A program made the position numbers and the translations under genes. Under the pieces are notes generated by a model. The model was not told the DNA's origin. It saw only the letters and a list, made by a program, of their open reading frames with translations, and ran no database searches. From positions 4,160,001 to 4,224,000 of the forward strand of contig OY970067.1 in assembly GCA_963705305.1 (NCBI GenBank): DNA of 64,000 nucleotides, read 5' to 3'. Of this stretch, positions 58,916 through 64,000 are shown one piece after another (the stretch's first letter is position 1; the number at the start of each line of letters is the position of its first letter). This DNA is from an uncultured Methylomirabilota bacterium. Its GTDB lineage: Bacteria > Methylomirabilota > Methylomirabilia > Methylomirabilales > 2-02-FULL-66-22.

Positions 58916-59863
58916 TCACCGCCGGTCGGTGAGCAGCGGATCCAGGGCATCCCGCAGCCCGTCTCCCACGAAATTCAGCGCCAGCAGCGTCAGGCTCAGC
59001 GCCAGCCCGGGAAACACAATCAGCCAGGGGTAACTCTCCATGGCCGCGGCCCCCTCGGAGGCTAGCGATCCCCAGCTCGCCATGGGTGGCTGCACACCCA
59101 AGCCGAGAAAGCTCAGGAAGGCCTCCTCCAGCATCACCGCCGGCACGGTAAGCGTGGCATAGACGATGATGGCTCCGACCGCGTTGGGAAGCAAGTGGCG
59201 CAGCAGCAGCCGCGGCCCGGAGGCCCCCAGCGCCTGGGCCGACAGCACGAAATCGCGCACCTTCAGGCTGAGGACCTGCCCGCGGACGATACGCGCCATG
59301 GTCAGCCACTGCACCGCCCCCAGGGCCACGAAGAGGTTGAAGATGTTGCGCCCGAAGAGGACCACCAGGATGATGACGAAGAACATGAACGGGAGTCCGT
59401 ATAAGATGTCGACCGCCCGCATCATGAGGCGGTCCCAGCTTCCTCCCGCAAAGCCGGCGATGGATCCGTAGGTCACGCCGATGAGCAGGCTCACCAAGGT
59501 GGCCAGGAGGCCCACCGCAAACGAGATGCGCCCCCCGTAGAGGATTCGGGTGAAGAGGTCCCTGCCCAGCTCGTCCGTCCCGAACAGGTGGGCGAAGCCG
59601 GGCGGCTGCGGCCCGTACCGGAGGTCCGTCTGGTCGAAGGCGTAGGGACTGAGCCGGGAGGCCAGGATACATGCCAGCAGCGCAACCGCGAGGACGGCCA
59701 GCGCTGTCAGGGCCAACCGATTCCGGTGGAGGCGGCGCAGGGCATCGCCCCACGGTGACGACCCATTGCAAGGCTGCCGCACAATGGGTGCCCGCGGGCC
59801 GGATGATTGCGGCGCGCCGCCTGTCGCGTGCGGGGTGGCCGGGCCCGGCGCGCCGCCGCTCAT
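58916..59863 (-). CDS. Oligopeptide ABC permease (OppC-like)
   Basis: FGTDELGRD and ARIVRGQ. Confidence 0.93.
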   Translation of the reverse strand: MSGGAPGPATPHATGGAPQSSGPRAPIVRQPCNGSSPWGDALRRLHRNRLALTALAVLAVALLACILASRLSPYAFDQTDLRYGPQPPGFAHLFGTDELGRDLFTRILYGGRISFAVGLLATLVSLLIGVTYGSIAGFAGGSWDRLMMRAVDILYGLPFMFFVIILVVLFGRNIFNLFVALGAVQWLTMARIVRGQVLSLKVRDFVLSAQALGASGPRLLLRHLLPNAVGAIIVYATLTVPAVMLEEAFLSFLGLGVQPPMASWGSLASEGAAAMESYPWLIVFPGLALSLTLLALNFVGDGLRDALDPLLTDRR

Positions 59864-60777
59864 CGCAGCTGCACCCGCGGATCCAGGTAGGCGTACAACA
59901 GATCCACCACCAAATTGAGCAGCAGGAGCAGCGTGCTGTAGACGAGCACCGTCCCCAGGACCAGCGTGTAGTCCCGGTTCAGGGCGCCCCCCACGAAGTA
60001 GCGGCCGATCCCGGGGACGGCGAAAATCGTCTCCACCACGACGGATCCCGTCAGGATGGCCGCTGAGGCCGGCCCCAGGTAGGTGACCACCGGCAGGACG
60101 GCGTTGGGCAGCGCGTGGCGGAGCATGACCGTCGCCTCGCGCACCCCCCTGGCCCGGGCCGTGCGGATGAACTCCTGGCCGATCACCTCCAGCAAGCCTG
60201 CCCGGGTCAGCCTGGCCACGTACGCCGCGTAAAACGTGCCCAGGGTTACCGACGGCAGCACCAGATGGCGCCAGCTCCCCCAGCCCGCCACGGGAAGCCA
60301 GCCCAGGCCCAGCGCAAAGATCAGCACCAGCAGGGGGCCCAGCACAAAATTGGGGATCGAGATCCCGCCCAGGGCCAGCGACATGGTGAGATAGTCCAGC
60401 GCCGAGTTCCGCCGCGCTCCCGCCAGGATGCCCGCCGCGCCCCCCAGCAATAGCGCCACGGCCAGCGCGCAGACCCCGAGGGCCAGCGACACCGGAGCTC
60501 CCAGGCGCAGCAGCTCGCCAACCGACCGGTCGGGGTAGCGGAAGGAAGGCCCCAGATCGCCCCGCAGGACCTGCCCCAGGTAGCGGACATACTGGCGCCA
60601 GAGCGGCTCGTCAAGGTGGTAGCGGGCCGCGATGTTGGCCCGCACCTGCTCGGGCAGGACGCGCTCCTGATCGAACGGCCCGCCCGGCGCCAGGCGCATG
60701 ATGAAGAAAGACAGGGAGACGATGAGAAAGAGAACCGGCAGAAAGCCCGCCAGCCGGCGGAGGCTGTATCCTAGCAC
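59860..60777 (-). CDS. Oligopeptide ABC permease (OppB-like)
   Basis: APGGPF, FIRTARARG and NRDY. Confidence 0.93.
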   Translation of the reverse strand: MLGYSLRRLAGFLPVLFLIVSLSFFIMRLAPGGPFDQERVLPEQVRANIAARYHLDEPLWRQYVRYLGQVLRGDLGPSFRYPDRSVGELLRLGAPVSLALGVCALAVALLLGGAAGILAGARRNSALDYLTMSLALGGISIPNFVLGPLLVLIFALGLGWLPVAGWGSWRHLVLPSVTLGTFYAAYVARLTRAGLLEVIGQEFIRTARARGVREATVMLRHALPNAVLPVVTYLGPASAAILTGSVVVETIFAVPGIGRYFVGGALNRDYTLVLGTVLVYSTLLLLLNLVVDLLYAYLDPRVQLR

Positions 60778-60784
60778 TGCGCCC

Positions 60785-62371
60785 TCACTGCGCCAGAGAC
60801 AGATACTTCAGCGGGTGCTGGTCGAGAATGTTGGGCCACCACCCGTGCACCTTCCGGCTCAGCATGCCCTTGTTGACGTACGTGAACAGGGGCAGGATCG
60901 GCACCGCCTCTTGCACCAGGATCCGCTCCGCCTCCTGGAGCGCCCGCATCCGCTCCGCCGGATGGACGATCCCGCAGGCGGCGCGACCGATCAGCCTATC
61001 ATACCGGACGTCGGACCAGCCCGTCTCGTTGTTGCCGCCCCCGCTGACCCACATGTCCAGGAAGGTGCTGGGGTCCGCGTAGTCCCCGATCCATCCGGCC
61101 CGGGCGATCTGGTAGTCGAGGCTGCTCTGCCGGGCCAGGTAGACCTTCCATTCGACGTTGACCAGCTCGATCTGGATACCGAGCTGCTCCTTCCACATCT
61201 GCTGCACCGCCTGCGTGATCATGCGGTGCAGCTCGCTGGTATTGTAGAGCAGCTCGACCTGCGGGAACCCCCTCCCGCCCGGATAGCCGGCGTCAGCTAG
61301 CAGTCGGCGAGCGGCGACCGGGTCGAAGCCGAGGCCTTGGACCCCCGGATACCCGTGCAGGGATGCCGGGACAAACGCGCCGGTCGGCAGTTCGCCCGCC
61401 CGGGTGACGTACCGGGTCAGTGCGGCCCGGTCCACGGCCATACTGAGGGCCTTGCGCACCCGCACGTCGCCGAGCGGCGCCCTGGTCACGTTGAGCCGAG
61501 AATAGTAGGTGCCCAGATAGGGGGACGCGTAGAATTCGCGCCGGCGCCGGGCCGCCTCGAGCTGCGCCAGCGGCACCGTGGGGACCCAGTCGGTCTCCCC
61601 CGCCAGGAACTGCTTGTAGGCGGTGTTGGCATCCTCCGTGGGCCAGAACACGACCTGCTGCAGCCGGACGCTTCCCGCGTCCCAGTAGGCGGGGTTCTTT
61701 TCCAGGACGAGCTGCTCCTGGGGCACCCAACCGGCCAGCCGGAAGGGGCCGTTGCTCACGATCTTTCCCGGCTTGACCCAGTCGCGCCCGTATGCCTCGA
61801 CCGCCCAGCGCGGCACGGGAGAAAGAGTGGGAAAGCTGGTGAGATCCAGGAAGTAGGCGGTCGGGCACCGCAGGGTCACCTGGAGGGTGCGGGCGCTCAG
61901 AGCCTTGACTCCCACCCGGGAGAAATCGGTGATCCGGCCCCGGTTATAGTCCTCGCCGTTTTTGAGGTAGAAGAGCTGCTGGGCGTACTTGGCGCCGGTC
62001 TTGGGATTCAGGACCCGCTCCCAGGCGTAGGCGAAATCCTGGGCCGCCACCGGCCGGCCATCGGTCCAGCGGGCATCGCGCAGGGTGAAGGTGTACACCC
62101 GCCCGTCTCGGGAGACCGTCCAGGAGGCGGCCATGCCGGGGCGGGGCGACAGGTCTTTCGGATCGGCGGTGGTCAACCCCTCGAACAGGCTGTTGACGAT
62201 ACGATGCTCGGGGACCCCGGTCACCAGCGCCGGGTCGAGGCTCTCCGGCTCGACCATGTTGCTGATCCGGAGCACCTGGTCCTGGGCGGGCGCCCCGCCC
62301 GCCAGCAGGACGATCAACCCCAGCGCCTGCACGAGGCGCACTCCCCACTCGCGCCATCGCATCCGTCCCAT
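60785..62371 (-). CDS. Oligopeptide ABC substrate-binding protein (OppA-like)
   Basis: EPESLDP, SNGPF and WIGDYADP. Confidence 0.93.
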   Translation of the reverse strand: MGRMRWREWGVRLVQALGLIVLLAGGAPAQDQVLRISNMVEPESLDPALVTGVPEHRIVNSLFEGLTTADPKDLSPRPGMAASWTVSRDGRVYTFTLRDARWTDGRPVAAQDFAYAWERVLNPKTGAKYAQQLFYLKNGEDYNRGRITDFSRVGVKALSARTLQVTLRCPTAYFLDLTSFPTLSPVPRWAVEAYGRDWVKPGKIVSNGPFRLAGWVPQEQLVLEKNPAYWDAGSVRLQQVVFWPTEDANTAYKQFLAGETDWVPTVPLAQLEAARRRREFYASPYLGTYYSRLNVTRAPLGDVRVRKALSMAVDRAALTRYVTRAGELPTGAFVPASLHGYPGVQGLGFDPVAARRLLADAGYPGGRGFPQVELLYNTSELHRMITQAVQQMWKEQLGIQIELVNVEWKVYLARQSSLDYQIARAGWIGDYADPSTFLDMWVSGGGNNETGWSDVRYDRLIGRAACGIVHPAERMRALQEAERILVQEAVPILPLFTYVNKGMLSRKVHGWWPNILDQHPLKYLSLAQ

Positions 62372-62381
62372 CCTCTGCCCT

Positions 62382-62558
62382 CAGCAGCTTGCCGAAAAGC
62401 TCACTTCCCCAGGCTGCTCAAAAAGGCCCAGGTGCAAGGCGGCGCGCGAAGGGGCCGAGTGAGGCGTACTCCTGGTACGCCGCAACGAGTGCCCGAGCGC
62501 GCGGGGTACCCATCCGAAGGATGGGTCCCAGCAGATGGGCCTTTTTGAGCTGCCTGCT
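62382..62558. repeat. MITE-like repeat, copy 3
   Basis: caggctgctcaaaaaggccca...tgggcctttttgagctgcctg; the interior resembles copy 2. Confidence 0.8.
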
Positions 62559-63448
62559 CATACGCGCATGCGGGGGTCCAGCGCATCCCGCAAGGCGTCC
62601 CCCACCAGGTTGAACCCCAGCACCGACAACATGATGGCCGCCCCCGGGAAGAAAAAGGCCCACCACGCGCCGCTGGTGAAAAACTTGTAGCTGTCGGCCA
62701 GCATCGCCCCCCACTCCGGTGTGGGCGGCTGCGCCCCCAGCCCCAGGAATCCCAGGGCTGCGGCCTCCAGGACGGCAAAGGCGATGGCCAGCGTGGTCTG
62801 CACGGCCAGCGGCGGCAGGGTGTTCGGAAAGATGTGCCAGAGGACGATCCAGGAGGCGCTGCCCCCCAGCCCGCGCGCGGCCGTGACGTACTCGCGCTCC
62901 TTCAGCGCCAGGACCTCCCCCCGGGTGATGCGCGCGTAGAACGGGATCGACACCACGCTGATGGCGATCAACGAGTTGCGCAGGCCGGGGCCGATCATGG
63001 CCACGATGGCAATCGCGAGCAGGGTGGCGGGAAAGGCCAAAAGAATATCCATGCAGAACATCAGGCACAGATCGGTGCGGCGCCCCACATAGCCGGCCAG
63101 CAGCCCCAGGATGGAGCCGACCACGGCGGCCAGGGCCACCGAGGCCACCCCCAGGCTCAGCGAGACCCGGGCCCCATGCAGGATGCGCACCAGGATATCG
63201 CGCCCCAGCGCGTCGGTTCCGAACGGATGCTGCCAGCTTGGCGGCTTGAGGCGCGCCAGCAGGTCGGCATCCACCAGCGGATTGTAGGGAACCAGGATGG
63301 GGCTCAAGACCGCCATCAGCGTGAAGAGAAGAATGATGGCGATGCCCACGCGGGCCACGCGGTTGGCCAGCAGTCGCCGGCAGGCCGCGTCCAGCGGGCT
63401 CCGCCCTCTCACCCCCCCTCCTGCGGCCCGGACCGGAGGCTCAGTCAT
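62558..63448 (-). CDS. Dipeptide ABC permease (DppC-like)
   Basis: FGTDALGRD and PEWGAML. Confidence 0.93.
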   Translation of the reverse strand: MTEPPVRAAGGGVRGRSPLDAACRRLLANRVARVGIAIILLFTLMAVLSPILVPYNPLVDADLLARLKPPSWQHPFGTDALGRDILVRILHGARVSLSLGVASVALAAVVGSILGLLAGYVGRRTDLCLMFCMDILLAFPATLLAIAIVAMIGPGLRNSLIAISVVSIPFYARITRGEVLALKEREYVTAARGLGGSASWIVLWHIFPNTLPPLAVQTTLAIAFAVLEAAALGFLGLGAQPPTPEWGAMLADSYKFFTSGAWWAFFFPGAAIMLSVLGFNLVGDALRDALDPRMRV

Positions 63449-64000
63449 ATTTGATGCGCGGGTCGACGGCGGCATATAAGAGATCCGTGACGAGGTTCAC
63501 CATGACGAAGATGGTGGCGATGAAGAGCGTCGCTCCCTGCACGATGGGATAGTCCCGGGCCTGGATCGCCTCGTAGATCCAGAGGCCGATGCCGGGCCAG
63601 GAAAAGATGGTCTCGGTCAGGATGGCCCCGGCCAGGAGCCGGCCGACCTGCAGCCCGGTCACCGTCATGACGGGGAGGAGCGCATTGCGCATGGCGTGGC
63701 GCAGAACAACTGCGCGCTGGGGCAACCCCTTGGCCTCGGCCGTCCGGATGTACTCCTGCGACAGGACCTCCAGGAGGCTGGCCCGCATCATCCGGGCGAT
63801 CACCGCCATGGGAATCGTGGAGAGGGCCGCGGCCGGCAGGACGAGATGCCGCAGGCTGGAGACCAGGGCCGGCAGGTTCCAGGTCAGGAGGCTGTCCAGA
63901 ACATAAAAATTGGTCACCGTGGCGAGTTGGACGTCGGTGCCCAGGCGGAAGCCGGTCGGCAGCCACCCCAGGATGACCCCGAAGCACCACGCCAGCATGA
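63441..64000 (-). CDS. Dipeptide ABC permease (DppB-like), 5'-partial
   Basis: YIRTAEAKG, ETIFSWPGIG and ARDYP. Confidence 0.92.
   Translation of the reverse strand, partial: MLAWCFGVILGWLPTGFRLGTDVQLATVTNFYVLDSLLTWNLPALVSSLRHLVLPAAALSTIPMAVIARMMRASLLEVLSQEYIRTAEAKGLPQRAVVLRHAMRNALLPVMTVTGLQVGRLLAGAILTETIFSWPGIGLWIYEAIQARDYPIVQGATLFIATIFVMVNLVTDLLYAAVDPRIKYD

Overview
This is a GC-rich bacterial chromosome segment that probably spans the replication terminus: a dif-like XerCD site lies at 33945-33972, and tRNAs, housekeeping genes and KOPS-like octamers converge on it. (1) 1-8774: right part of a tRNA-Met(CAT)-integrated, phage-satellite-like element. It has a primase, a helicase, a repeat-rich candidate origin, a J-domain protein and a scaffold-like protein, and has been hit by IS21 and IS630. 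(2) 8860-27851: a large accessory biosynthetic locus. A 68-aa candidate RiPP precursor is flanked by two radical SAM/SPASM enzymes, an unusual ABC exporter and a cNMP-binding protein. Further genes are a divergent GAF / S8 protease / FkbM / third radical SAM arm, an MFS transporter, two GT4 glycosyltransferases, a DUF4062-STAND-TPR protein, a HAD hydrolase and a methyltransferase. (3) A sugar ABC transporter and a RyR-TPR-SLOG-class III cyclase fusion. (4) 34816-47144: an island with no visible integrase, inserted at tRNA-Arg(CCT) and filled with nested IS21 elements. (5) 47200-64000: core genes (apt, acyP, pcm, surE, MerR-type regulator, HU/IHF, miaB, two peptide ABC operons, two tRNA-Pro), an IS1380 and three copies of a MITE-like repeat. 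All calls come from motifs recognised by eye; no database searches were run.
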